Assembly: GCA_963741605.1 (NCBI GenBank)
Contig: CAVUII010000002.1
Location: 732,662 to 796,661 of the forward strand
Direction: 5' to 3'
Source of the DNA: an uncultured Alphaproteobacteria bacterium
GTDB taxonomy: Bacteria > Pseudomonadota > Alphaproteobacteria > Sphingomonadales > Sphingomonadaceae
DNA: 64,000 nt
The notes below the pieces were generated by a model. The model worked only from the letters and a program-made list of their open reading frames with translations, was not told the DNA's origin and searched no databases. The position numbers and the translations under genes were made by a program. This document shows positions 19,732-29,531 of this stretch, one piece after another. Positions within the stretch are counted from its first letter, which is position 1. Every line of letters starts with the position of its first letter.

Positions 19732-20685
19732 ATGCATGCAGACGCACCAAGCGACGATCCGCACGCCGTAAATTATCTTAGAGATGACGGCAAAGGCGAC
19801 CCTGTCCATGGCGTTGTCGAATTAGACGGGGCCAGCGTGTTTTGGAACGGAGGCATGTTGGCGACTGCGTTAATTTTAGGGCCATTATTTTTCAGCTGGT
19901 CCGCCTTCGCGCTTTTTATCGGTACTACCGCCATCGCTCTGCTTTTGGGCCATAGCGTAGGCTATCACCGCAAAATGATCCATGGCAGTTTTGATTGTCC
20001 GCTTTGGGTAGAACGGACGCTGATTTGGTTCGGAGCATGGGTCGGCATGGCGGGTCCACAGGGTATTATTCGCGCGCATGACAGCCGCGATTGGGCGCAG
20101 CGACAAGCGGACTGCCATCCCTATTTTGCCCATCGCTCAAACCCATTACGCGATGCATACTGGCAGATCTATTGTCGGATAATACTTGATCATCCGCCGC
20201 ATTTTGATTTCCGCCGTATCGGAAGCGATCCCTTTTATCGTTGGTTGGAAAAGACGTGGCGGTGGCAGCAGCTGCCAGTTGCTATACTCTTCTTCATAAT
20301 CGGTGGATGGAGTTGGGTCGTTTGGGGCATTGCAGCTCGGGTTGCAATTTGCACTCACGGGCATTGGCTGGTTGGCCATTTGGCCCACAGGCGCGGCCCG
20401 CAAAGCTGGTTGGTTTCCGATGCCGGTGTTCAGGCGCATGACGTGCCGTGGGCGGCCATTCTTACGATGGGCGAAGCATGGCACAATAACCATCATGCCT
20501 ATCCAGGTTCAGCGAAAATTGGCTTAACTCCGGGCCAAAGCGACTGGGGTTTTGCTTTCATCCGTATGTTACAAAGAATGCATCTGGTGTGGGATGTGCA
20601 AACACCGGAAACACTAGGCACGCGGCCAAGTCTGTTCGCTGCACCAACGGTGCCTTCATCCCCCAAAAATTCAATCCGAATTTGA
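19732..20685 (+). CDS. Fatty acid (acyl-CoA) desaturase family protein
   Basis: His boxes GHSVGYHR, HDSRD (variant) and GEAWHNNHH. Confidence 0.85.
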   Translation: MHADAPSDDPHAVNYLRDDGKGDPVHGVVELDGASVFWNGGMLATALILGPLFFSWSAFALFIGTTAIALLLGHSVGYHRKMIHGSFDCPLWVERTLIWFGAWVGMAGPQGIIRAHDSRDWAQRQADCHPYFAHRSNPLRDAYWQIYCRIILDHPPHFDFRRIGSDPFYRWLEKTWRWQQLPVAILFFIIGGWSWVVWGIAARVAICTHGHWLVGHLAHRRGPQSWLVSDAGVQAHDVPWAAILTMGEAWHNNHHAYPGSAKIGLTPGQSDWGFAFIRMLQRMHLVWDVQTPETLGTRPSLFAAPTVPSSPKNSIRI

Positions 20686-20695
20686 TCCAAGTCAA
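20682..20695. promoter_or_regulatory. FNR/FixK box
   Basis: TTGAT-CCAA-GTCAA, about 55 nt upstream of ORF 20749 and next to an Fnr-type regulator. Confidence 0.7.
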
Positions 20696-20748
20696 AGCGG
20701 GAAGACACAGTAATCGGTAACCAAGGCTCCGAACTTAAGGAGCAAATC

Positions 20749-21171
20749 ATGTCTGTCCATTTTCCCGCTGAAACCTTTTCTACCGTCGCTGACCGTGTTG
20801 ACCTGGCAAAGCACAGCGTTCACGTTGATCGAAATTTCGGTTTGCCATCGCGGCTTTATGTCGCGACCTTTGGACTTTATTTGTCCTTTTTGGCCGTGAT
20901 GACGCTGGGATTTGGTACGCGGGAAATGGCCATCCCGCTGGCGATTTGCGTCGTGTTTCTGGTGATGGCATTTTCGGTGCCACGGCTTTGGGCAAAAATG
21001 GGTCCGGCGAACACCACCAAGCCCATGCGCTGGGACGATTACCAGCGGAAGGGCATTGAAACCTATACCGGAACAGTCAAGGCCCGCGACGCCAATGCTC
21101 AGGTTTTGATCCTGCCCATATTGATCCTGTTTTGGGGTCTCGCTGTGGTCAGCATAACCGCGATCGTTTAA
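20749..21171 (+). CDS. Hypothetical membrane protein (about three hydrophobic segments)
   Basis: AAGGAG RBS; hydrophobic helices; convergent overlap with the Fnr gene. Confidence 0.75.
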   Translation: MSVHFPAETFSTVADRVDLAKHSVHVDRNFGLPSRLYVATFGLYLSFLAVMTLGFGTREMAIPLAICVVFLVMAFSVPRLWAKMGPANTTKPMRWDDYQRKGIETYTGTVKARDANAQVLILPILILFWGLAVVSITAIV

Positions 21172-21866
21172 CCGGACGCTGCATCCTCCAGCACGGCAAC
21201 GTCACGCAGCATTATCCCACGACTGCCATTGCGTTCAATCGCGCCCATTTTCGCAAGCTTGCTGATCTGGCGGCTGACGGTTTCGATTGTCAGCCCCAGC
21301 ATCGATGCAATTTCACCGCGCGTTAGCAACAGGTCAAACTCCGTCGCCGGGTGACAGGGCGAATGGCTGGCAGCGCGGGCCAACGCCAGGATTAACCCCG
21401 CCACCCGTTGCTGCGCACTGTTGCGCCCCGCCAGTGCCAACAGGTTGCGGGCAGCGATCAAATCTTCATCCGACCGCCGCAACAACGCCTGGGTCAGCGC
21501 GGGGAACTCCGCCATCGCCGCCTGATATTGGCTTTGCGAAAAAAAGCACAACCGGCTGTCGGTCAACGCGATAACATCATGCTGGGCGACGGGAGCAAAC
21601 ATTTCTCCCACAAATCCGGCTGGGTGGATGATCGACAAAATATGTTCATCGCCATTGGCATCAAAACGGGTGATTTTCAGTGCACCAGTTACCAATGTCG
21701 CGCAGGATGTAATGTCATCGCCAAGGGCAAAAACTGTTTCGCCGCGCTTTATAATGCTGTGCCGCCCCATCGCCGCCAGCCGTTCACGCGCATCGGGTGC
21801 AAGCGCAGCACAGGCGGCGCGATCCTTTACCGGGCAGCTTTGGCATTGCAGCGGAACGGCGGTCAC
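21168..21866 (-). CDS. Crp/Fnr-family regulator with an N-terminal Cys cluster (Fnr-like)
   Basis: CQSC...AC; LTRGEIASMLGLTIETVSR HTH. Confidence 0.92.
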   Translation of the reverse strand: MTAVPLQCQSCPVKDRAACAALAPDARERLAAMGRHSIIKRGETVFALGDDITSCATLVTGALKITRFDANGDEHILSIIHPAGFVGEMFAPVAQHDVIALTDSRLCFFSQSQYQAAMAEFPALTQALLRRSDEDLIAARNLLALAGRNSAQQRVAGLILALARAASHSPCHPATEFDLLLTRGEIASMLGLTIETVSRQISKLAKMGAIERNGSRGIMLRDVAVLEDAASG

Positions 21867-23455
21867 GGCACCAACACCGTATCCACCGCCTGTTCCAGCG
21901 TCTTGGGGAAATCCAGCGTGTAATGCAGCCCCCGGCTTTCATGACGATGCAGCGCGGATCGGATGATCAAGTCCGCGACCTCGACCAGATTACGCAGCTC
22001 GATCAAATCAGGGGTGACGCGGAAATTGCTGTAATATTCGCTCACTTCATTACGCAATAAGTCGATACGATGCTGCGCGCGTTCCAGCCGCTTGGTGGTG
22101 CGGACGATGCCGACAAAATTCCACATAAACTGCCGGATTTCGCGCCAACACTGCGCGATGACCACCTCTTCGTCGCTGTCGGTGACGCGGCTTTCATCCC
22201 ATGGCCGTATCGATGGCGGTGGCGGCAGGCGGTCCCAATCGGCATTGATATGCGCCGCGCAGGCATCGCCAAAAACAAAGCATTCGAGCAGCGAATTGGA
22301 CGCCAACCGGTTCGCGCCGTGCAGACCACTTTGCGTGACTTCACCCGCCGCATATAAACCCGGTGCATCGGTGCGTCCATCCAGATCGACCACGACGCCG
22401 CCACAGGTATAATGTTGAGCGGGCACGACAGGGATCGGCTCTTTGGTAATATCGATGCCCAGCCCCAGCAGCTTTTCATAGATATTGGGGAAATGCCCCT
22501 TCACGAATTCGGGGTCTTTATGGCTGATGTCGAGATGGACAAAGTCCAAACCATCACGCTTGATTTCAGCATCATTCGCGCGGGCGACCACGTCGCGCGG
22601 GGCCAATTCGGCGCGTTCGTCATAATCGGGCATATAGCGATGCCCGGTTTTGGGGTTTTTCAATATGCCGCCCTCGCCGCGCACCGCCTCTGTAATCAGA
22701 AAGTTTTTGACCTCCAGATTATACAGGCACGTGGGGTGGAACTGCATGAATTCCATGTTTGAAATCCGGCATCCTGCGCGCCAGGCCATCGCAATACCAT
22801 CACCGGTCGCGCCGCGCGGGGCGGTTGAGTACAGATAGGTCCGCCCTGCCCCGCCGCACGCCAATATCGTGGCGCGCGCGGTAAACACCTCCACCTTTCC
22901 GCTTTTGCGATTCAGTGCATAAACGCCGTGGATGCGGCCCGATGTCGAGAACCGTTCCTGATGCCGCCCCAAGATCAAATCAATGGCGACCATATCGGGC
23001 ACCAATGTGATGTTGGGATTGGCCAATGCTGCAGACTCCAATGCTTGCTGCACGGCCCAGCCGGTCGCATCATCGACATGCACGATGCGGCGGTGACTAT
23101 GCCCGCCTTCACGGGTCAAATGCCAATTTTCGCCGAATTCATTGGTCGGCCCGCCCATGTTGAACGGCACCCCCAATTTCGCCAATCGCTCAATCGCCTT
23201 GGGCGCGTTTTCGATGACGAATTCTACCGCCTCACGATTGTTCAGCCCGCCGCCTGCGACCATCGTATCGCGGATATGATCGTCAAAGGTGTCGCCGGGT
23301 TCCAGCACCGCGGCGATCCCGCCCTGTGCCCATGCCGTCGCGCCGTCGGACAGCGACCCCTTGGCCAGCACAGCAACCTTCTTGGTCGCGGCCAATTGCA
23401 ATGCCGCTGTCAGCCCTGCTGCGCCTGAACCAATGATGAGGACGTCTGCGTTCAT
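21863..23455 (-). CDS. nadB: L-aspartate oxidase
   Basis: IIGSGAAGL, WAQGGIAAV, REGGHS, QFHPT, HGANRLASNSLLEC. Confidence 0.97.
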   Translation of the reverse strand: MNADVLIIGSGAAGLTAALQLAATKKVAVLAKGSLSDGATAWAQGGIAAVLEPGDTFDDHIRDTMVAGGGLNNREAVEFVIENAPKAIERLAKLGVPFNMGGPTNEFGENWHLTREGGHSHRRIVHVDDATGWAVQQALESAALANPNITLVPDMVAIDLILGRHQERFSTSGRIHGVYALNRKSGKVEVFTARATILACGGAGRTYLYSTAPRGATGDGIAMAWRAGCRISNMEFMQFHPTCLYNLEVKNFLITEAVRGEGGILKNPKTGHRYMPDYDERAELAPRDVVARANDAEIKRDGLDFVHLDISHKDPEFVKGHFPNIYEKLLGLGIDITKEPIPVVPAQHYTCGGVVVDLDGRTDAPGLYAAGEVTQSGLHGANRLASNSLLECFVFGDACAAHINADWDRLPPPPSIRPWDESRVTDSDEEVVIAQCWREIRQFMWNFVGIVRTTKRLERAQHRIDLLRNEVSEYYSNFRVTPDLIELRNLVEVADLIIRSALHRHESRGLHYTLDFPKTLEQAVDTVLVP

Positions 23456-23523
23456 TCTTTGCCTTAATGTCCGCTTTTTAGCGGTTTATGGATTGAACAG
23501 GATAACTAGCATCTGGCAAAAGC

Positions 23524-23552
23524 TTGACAAGTGGCAGTATCTGATTTACCTA
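23524..23552 (+). promoter_or_regulatory. Candidate sigma70 promoter convergent on the PBECR3-like gene
   Basis: TTGACA-17 nt-TACCTA; predicted start site falls at the first base of the 23559 hairpin. Confidence 0.4.
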
Positions 23553-23558
23553 AATCGA

Positions 23559-23628
23559 TGAGCCTGCCGTCATGGGTTAGGCCGTTGGGTTCGGGGTAGA
23601 GCAATCTGCATTGGACACCGCAGGCTCA
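23559..23628 (+). ncRNA. Candidate structured RNA overlapping the stop of the PBECR3-like gene
   Basis: Perfect 9-bp closing stem TGAGCCTGC/GCAGGCTCA, inner CAAT/ATTG hairpin, then AAC and T-rich sequence. Confidence 0.4.
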
Positions 23629-24060
23629 AACATTTCCTTTATTCTGTTGTTCGATCCGCATGGTCCATAGCTCAAGGCGCTTGTCGTTGGCACCGACCGT
23701 TTCAATATAAACATATGTTCGCCCATCAATCGTTGCGCGATGTTCCAAACGCGCCGGCTTTCGTGCTCCGGTTGTTCCAATCAAACGCGGCACACCTTGT
23801 AAGGCAATCTTTGGGATCAGGCAAAAATCCTGAGGCGTCACTGAATATTGCCGCTGCTCTGCTTCCCTGACCGCATCACTGTGATTGTTTTTGACATGGC
23901 GCACACCGCGTGTTGCCATGAATTGGCGGTAGCCAGAAATGTTGACGCCTGTGTCTTGTAATATTTTTTGCGCCTCCTCGCCGGTTACCGTGCCAAAGTC
24001 GTAAACTTGATGCCCAGTGTGCTGCCACATCCGTAATGCGGCCAATATAGCCGCCTTCAT
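23626..24060 (-). CDS. Stand-alone PBECR3-like (Barnase/EndoU/ColE5-D/RelE fold) putative ribonuclease
   Basis: TGVNISGY...VRHVKNNH...Q..VTPQDF..IPKI and IDGRTYVYIETV pattern; AT-richer than neighbours; ATGA overlap with the ABC gene. Confidence 0.7.
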   Translation of the reverse strand: MKAAILAALRMWQHTGHQVYDFGTVTGEEAQKILQDTGVNISGYRQFMATRGVRHVKNNHSDAVREAEQRQYSVTPQDFCLIPKIALQGVPRLIGTTGARKPARLEHRATIDGRTYVYIETVGANDKRLELWTMRIEQQNKGNV

Positions 24061-24995
24061 TGCATTGATGGTTCTGCATTGGCGGCTCGCGTCAACGAAA
24101 GGAACACATCCTCAAGGTCAGGTTCCTTGGTGGTCACGTCGATGATGCCAAAGCCTTGCGCCTGAACAGCGGCCAGAACTTCGCCTGCGTTCATGCGGTC
24201 TTTGTTGTAGGATATTTCGACCATCCGCGCGCCTCTTTGCTCCACCTTTTCAAAGCTATTATGCACAGGCAAGGCACTCAAATCTTTGTCAAAAGTCAAC
24301 ACAACTGCCTTTTCGCGCGCCATGCCCACCAATTCCGCCGTCGGCTGATTGGTGATCAGCTTACCGTGGTTGATAATCGCAATCCGGTCACATAATTGTT
24401 CGGCTTCTTCCAGATAATGCGTGGTCAATACCACCGTTGTCCCACCCTTGTTGAGCTCAACCACATAATCCCATAATTGTTGGCGCAATTCGATGTCGAC
24501 CCCGGCGGTGGGCTCGTCGAGAACAATCACCGGCGGGCTGTGGACCATGGCCTTTGCCACCAGCAACCGGCGCTTCATGCCGCCAGACAGCGTGCGGGCA
24601 TAGGCGTCGGCTTTATCCTCCAGCCGCACCGCGCGCAGCAATTCCATCGATCGGCGTTGGCCTTTGGGCACGCCATAAAGGCCCGCGAACAGCTCCAGCG
24701 TTTCCAGCGGTGTGAAGAAAGGATCGAACATAATCTCTTGCGGCACGATACCGATGGACGCCTTGGCGTTGCGCGGGTTGGCATCGATGTCGAAACCCCA
24801 GATCGACGCCTGCCCACCCGATTTGTTCACCAATCCGGCAAGGATATTGATCAGCGTTGATTTGCCAGCGCCATTGGGGCCCAACAGCCCAAAAATCGAA
24901 CCTTGCGGCACATCAAAGCTGACATCATCCAGCGCCACTTTTCCAGTGGAATAGGTTTTGCTGAGATTGCGAATGGAAATGGCAGGGTCGGTCAT
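24057..24995 (-). CDS. ABC transporter ATP-binding protein (YadG-like)
   Basis: GPNGAGKST, LSGGMKRR, LDEPTAG, TTHYLEEA. Confidence 0.95.
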   Translation of the reverse strand: MTDPAISIRNLSKTYSTGKVALDDVSFDVPQGSIFGLLGPNGAGKSTLINILAGLVNKSGGQASIWGFDIDANPRNAKASIGIVPQEIMFDPFFTPLETLELFAGLYGVPKGQRRSMELLRAVRLEDKADAYARTLSGGMKRRLLVAKAMVHSPPVIVLDEPTAGVDIELRQQLWDYVVELNKGGTTVVLTTHYLEEAEQLCDRIAIINHGKLITNQPTAELVGMAREKAVVLTFDKDLSALPVHNSFEKVEQRGARMVEISYNKDRMNAGEVLAAVQAQGFGIIDVTTKEPDLEDVFLSLTRAANAEPSMQ

Positions 24996-25147
24996 AGTCG
25001 ACAGTCGATAGCCGACGGCTCGGCGCGGTGCAATGATGGCCGCGTATCCTGCAGCGACAAGGGAGTGCCAAACGGTCATGGCTTAAGCGGCGTTAACCAT
25101 ATCCGGAAGCCTTTCTGTTATCGGCCTATAACTATGGGCATATTCCA

Positions 25148-25698
25148 ATGAACGGGGCAATTTCGGTTTTGCGCAATATGGGGCGCTTGGCATTCGCGGC
25201 TGCGGCTTTGGCGGCGACGCCGTCTTATGCGCAATTTGCGACGGAAAAAGTCGACGCCGAAGTGGTCGGTGGTCAGGCCTTTATCCTTCATCGAAGTCGA
25301 TAGTCTGCATTTCGGCAACATATCTGGCGAGCAATGTTGCGGGGTCTGTGGTTATCGCACCCAATGGAGCGCGTACCCGAACGGGCGGTGTAACTTTGGC
25401 GGGCGGATCACCCCATGCGGCTGCTTTTGCCGGGATGGGAACGCCCAACCAGCGGGTGGACATTTCGCTCAGTTCAAATGCCATCTGGATCTATGGCCCC
25501 GGCACCCGCATGCGCGTGCGCGCCTTTGTGATTGGCAGCACGCCGACCGCCGTACTCACCACCACGCCGCGCCGCTTTCGCATCGCAACCAGCAATGGCC
25601 TGTTCAATTTTCCCGTTGGCGCAACATTGGACGTGGGGGCCAGCCAATTACCGGGCATTTACACCGGTACCTGGAACATCACGCTGCAATATCAGTAA
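25148..25698 (+). pseudogene. DUF4402-like secreted protein with two +1 frameshifts (about 25268 and 25323)
   Basis: Removing two bases gives signal peptide + VVVRPLSFIEVDSLHFGNILAS + C-terminal [19 protein letters not shown], collinear with its neighbour. Confidence 0.75.
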
Positions 25699-25798
25699 GA
25701 ATTGCAGGCCCGGAAATCGGCAGTTTCTGGGGCATTGTTAAATTATTAACCCCGTTTCCTAAGCCATTCTTCGCAGCTTGGGTGGCATGGCAATCGTT

Positions 25799-26371
25799 AT
25801 GAAGCGGGTATTTTACAGGATGGTACAGCATTTTACTGTGCTTGCCGCAGCGATCCTTACGGTCGCGGCGGTGCCTGCCTGTGCGCAAGGCATTCCTGCG
25901 GTTTTGCCCACCGAAGTGACCACCACGATCATCACGCCGGGCAGCTTTTTCAACATTGACGACCTGTATTTCGGCAAGATTTTGGCGAGCAATACTGCGG
26001 GCACCGTTACCGTCACCAGTGCAGGTGCACGCACCGCAACCGGCGGCGTTACTTTGGTCGATAACGATCACCACCCGGCCCATTTCGCCGGACGCACGCC
26101 CAACACCCGCCCCGGCAACCGCCCGATCCGCCTGTCCATCGCCAGCAATACGATCCAGCTGATCGGCCCCGGCGCGCCGATGACGGTGCGCAATTTCCTG
26201 CCCGGCGCATCGCCCGGTCAGTTTTTGCGCACCAACCCGCGCAATTACCAGATCAATGGCGCGGTCAACGGCATGTTCAATCTGTTTGTCGGGGCAGAAC
26301 TGGTGGTGAATGCCAGCCAGCTTCCGGGCATCTATACCGGTACATGGACGATCACCGCCGATTTTCCCTGA
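25799..26371 (+). CDS. DUF4402-like secreted protein
   Basis: Signal peptide; DDLYFGKI; [20 protein letters not shown]. Confidence 0.8.
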   Translation: MKRVFYRMVQHFTVLAAAILTVAAVPACAQGIPAVLPTEVTTTIITPGSFFNIDDLYFGKILASNTAGTVTVTSAGARTATGGVTLVDNDHHPAHFAGRTPNTRPGNRPIRLSIASNTIQLIGPGAPMTVRNFLPGASPGQFLRTNPRNYQINGAVNGMFNLFVGAELVVNASQLPGIYTGTWTITADFP

Positions 26372-26424
26372 ATAGCGCGTTCAGGCGGTTGCGGGGCCAT
26401 GCGTGCTTTGCTATCGCCCATGAC

Positions 26425-26631
26425 ATGATCGAAGCACCCGAAACCATCCTGATCCGCAGCACTCGCATCGCCTGTGACGGCAGCGGCGACGACGTACCCG
26501 CCGCGCTGGGCCATCCGCGCGTTTGGCTGGAGATTGACGATAGCGGCGCGGTGGAGTGCGGCTATTGCGACCGGCGTTTTGTGCTGGTGGGCGGGGCCGC
26601 CGATAACGCGCCTGCAAAAAAGAAACGCTAA
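26425..26631 (+). CDS. Zinc-finger (CHCC-type) domain protein
   Basis: IACDG...LGHPRVWL...CGYCDRRF. Confidence 0.9.
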   Translation: MIEAPETILIRSTRIACDGSGDDVPAALGHPRVWLEIDDSGAVECGYCDRRFVLVGGAADNAPAKKKR

Positions 26632-26670
26632 TCCGCTTTCGTTCATGGTTTTTGTGCCTATATCGGGTGC

Positions 26671-28098
26671 ATGACTATTTCTGATCCCCGCTCGTTTCTT
26701 TACCAACCCGGCCTGCTTGACCCCGATGCCGCGCAACGCCTGACCCGCGACGCCCTGCGCGCGTGCGACGATGGCGAGCTGTATTTGCAATATAGCGCCA
26801 GCGAAAGTTTCGGTTTTGACGATGGCCGCCTGAAAATGGCCGATTATTCGACCGCCTCTGGCTTTGGCCTGCGCGGTGTTTCGGGCGAGATGACCGGGTT
26901 CAGCCACGCCAATGATATGAGCGAAGGCGCCATTCGCCGTGCCGCAGAAACGCTGCAACTGCTCGATCCGGCAAAAGGCCAGCCTTCGCCGCCACCGCGT
27001 CAGAACAACCGGCATTTATATACCGATGGCAATCCGCTCGAGCTGGTGCCGTTCGCCAAAAAGGTGGCATTGTGCCAGCAAGTGGACGCCGCCGCCCGTG
27101 CCCGCGACCCGCGTGTTGCTCAAGTTTCGGCGACTTTGGCGGGCAGTTGGACCGTGGTCGAAATCGTCCGCGCCGACGGCTTTATTGCAACCGACGTCCG
27201 TCCGCTTGTGCGCCTGAACATCAGCATCGTGGTGGAGGAAAATGGCCGCCGCGAAACCGGCAGCTATGGCTTTGGCGGGCGTTATTTATACGACAATCTG
27301 TTCGACGAAGCACAATGGAACCACGGCATTGATGAGGCGCTTGCGCAGGCATTGACGAACCTGCGTTCCGTTGACGCGCCTGCGGGTGAATTCACCGTTT
27401 TGCTTGGCCCCGGCTGGCCCGGCGTGTTGCTGCACGAAGCCGTCGGCCATGGACTGGAAGGCGATTTCAACCGCAAGGGCACATCGGCCTTTGCGGGCAA
27501 GATCGGCCAACGCGTTGCCGCGCCCGGCGTGACGGTGGTCGATGATGGCACCATGGCCAATCGGCGCGGATCACTCTCCATCGATGATGAAGGCACGCCA
27601 ACGCGCGAAAATGTGTTGATCGAAGATGGCATCTTAAAAGGCTATATGCAGGATCGGTTGAACGCGCGGCTGATGGGGGTTGAACCCACCGGCAATGGTC
27701 GCCGCCAAAGCTATGCCCATGCCCCTATGCCGCGCATGACCAACACCTTTATGCGCGGCGGCAACGATGACCCCGCCGAATTGCTATCCCGCGTGAAAGA
27801 CGGTATTTTCGCCAAAAGCTTTGGCGGCGGTCAGGTTGATATTGTGTCGGGCAAATTCGTATTCAGCTGCACAGAGGCGTATCGCGTCAAAAACGGCAAA
27901 TTGGGTGATCCTATCAAAGGCGCGACTTTGATCGGCGACGGCCCGACCGCGATGAACAAAGTCATCGGCATCGGCAACGACATGGCGCTGGACGAAGGTA
28001 TTGGCGTGTGCGGGAAGGCCGGACAAAGCGTGCCAGCAGGCGTTGGTCAACCGACCACATTGGTCAGCGCGCTGACGGTGGGCGGCACGGCTGCATGA
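26671..28098 (+). CDS. tldD: Metalloprotease TldD
   Basis: LLHEAVGHGLEGDFNRKG, GVCGKAGQSVPAGVGQPT. Confidence 0.97.
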   Translation: MTISDPRSFLYQPGLLDPDAAQRLTRDALRACDDGELYLQYSASESFGFDDGRLKMADYSTASGFGLRGVSGEMTGFSHANDMSEGAIRRAAETLQLLDPAKGQPSPPPRQNNRHLYTDGNPLELVPFAKKVALCQQVDAAARARDPRVAQVSATLAGSWTVVEIVRADGFIATDVRPLVRLNISIVVEENGRRETGSYGFGGRYLYDNLFDEAQWNHGIDEALAQALTNLRSVDAPAGEFTVLLGPGWPGVLLHEAVGHGLEGDFNRKGTSAFAGKIGQRVAAPGVTVVDDGTMANRRGSLSIDDEGTPTRENVLIEDGILKGYMQDRLNARLMGVEPTGNGRRQSYAHAPMPRMTNTFMRGGNDDPAELLSRVKDGIFAKSFGGGQVDIVSGKFVFSCTEAYRVKNGKLGDPIKGATLIGDGPTAMNKVIGIGNDMALDEGIGVCGKAGQSVPAGVGQPTTLVSALTVGGTAA

Positions 28099-29447
28099 CG
28101 CCTGCCCGCTATTCCAAAAGCGCGATGGCGCTGCATTGGCTGATCGCGGCGTTGATGGCGTTCCAATATGGGCTGGGCGAAGCGTTTGAACATATGCCGC
28201 GCGGCAAGGCACTGTACGATGTTGCGCAGTTTCACAAATCCATTGGCATTGCGATATTGCTGTTCACGGTCGTTCGGCTGGGCGTGCGTTTCGTAAAGCC
28301 GCGACCCGCAATGCTATCGGACAGCGGATGGGCAACAACGTTTGCCAAAATCGTTCATTGGGGATTTTATGGTATCCTGATCGCGGTGCCGCTGACAGGC
28401 TGGCTCGCGGTATCGACCGCCAATCTGAACATTCCAACGGTGCTGTTCAATATCGTCCCGTGGCCCGATTTTCCCTTTGTAAAGGGAATGGAGGCCGCCG
28501 CCAAAATCGGGCTGCACGAATGGGCGGAAAATGCTCATGGCATTACCGCCAAGCTGGCATTGTTGCTGTTCATATTGCACATTGTCGGCGCGTTGCGGCA
28601 CCAGTTTCTGCTGAAAGAAGCGGTGATTGAACGGATGCTGCCCTTGCGCCCATTATCACCATTGATCGGCAGTGCGTTGATCGTTGCGCTCGCGGGCGGC
28701 GCGTTCGGGTTGATGCAATTGGCCAAGATGCCGGGGATCGCCCCCGCTGCGAAAAGCGCAGCCATCGCCAAAGCCCCTGCCCCGCCTGCCGAAGCATCGG
28801 TCGAAGCGGAAACCGAAACTCCCGTCGATGATGCCGAAAAATTGGCCGCTGAAGAAAAGGCAAAAATCGACGCGGAACTGGCCAAGGCCGAAGACGCGAA
28901 AACGGCTGAAGCAGAAGAAGCAGTTGATGCCAATGCCATTGCAGCGGGAGAAACCCCGCGCTGGGCAGTTGCGCCGGGCGGGCAATTGGGCTTTGCCACA
29001 TCGTGGACGGGTACGCCGGTAAGCGGCAGTTTCAGCAATTGGAGCGCCGACATCCGGTTCAATCCCGACGCCCTGCCGCAATCCAAAATCCGCGTGTCGA
29101 TAAACATAAGTTCCGCCAACACCGGCGATGGCGAACGCGATACGATGTTGAAAGGCAGCGACTTTTTCAACAGCGGCAACCACGCACAAGCGACATGGAC
29201 ATCCAGCGCCATCAAGCATCTGGGTGGGGGCCGTTATCGTGCAGATGGACAATTGAACCTGCGCGGGGTCAGCAAACCGGTGCCTTTAACCTTCACGCTC
29301 GACATTAAGGGCAAGGAAGCCCGAGTTTCGGGCAATGCTTCGCTCCGCCGATTGGCCTTTGGTGTCGGCCAAGGGGAGTTTGCGGCCACGACAGACATAC
29401 CCGACCCGGTGTCCGTGCGTTTCAGTTTCCGCGCCAATCGGCCGTGA
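28095..29447 (+). CDS. Cytochrome b561 - YceI fusion protein
   Basis: LHWLIA and HKSIG heme helices, Ala/Glu linker, YceI domain (GSFSNW, RDTMLKGSDFF). Confidence 0.88.
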   Translation: MTPARYSKSAMALHWLIAALMAFQYGLGEAFEHMPRGKALYDVAQFHKSIGIAILLFTVVRLGVRFVKPRPAMLSDSGWATTFAKIVHWGFYGILIAVPLTGWLAVSTANLNIPTVLFNIVPWPDFPFVKGMEAAAKIGLHEWAENAHGITAKLALLLFILHIVGALRHQFLLKEAVIERMLPLRPLSPLIGSALIVALAGGAFGLMQLAKMPGIAPAAKSAAIAKAPAPPAEASVEAETETPVDDAEKLAAEEKAKIDAELAKAEDAKTAEAEEAVDANAIAAGETPRWAVAPGGQLGFATSWTGTPVSGSFSNWSADIRFNPDALPQSKIRVSINISSANTGDGERDTMLKGSDFFNSGNHAQATWTSSAIKHLGGGRYRADGQLNLRGVSKPVPLTFTLDIKGKEARVSGNASLRRLAFGVGQGEFAATTDIPDPVSVRFSFRANRP

Positions 29448-29531
29448 TGGACTACCCCCTTGCGCGCATTGCCCTCCAAGCTATAAAGTTCCAAAAAAAG
29501 AAGGTCGCGCTCAAATAATTCAGGAGATTGA

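Noticed and set aside
25083-25097. CtrA-like TTAA...TTAAC upstream of the DUF4402 genes
   Set aside because: Spacing is 6 nt, not the canonical 7
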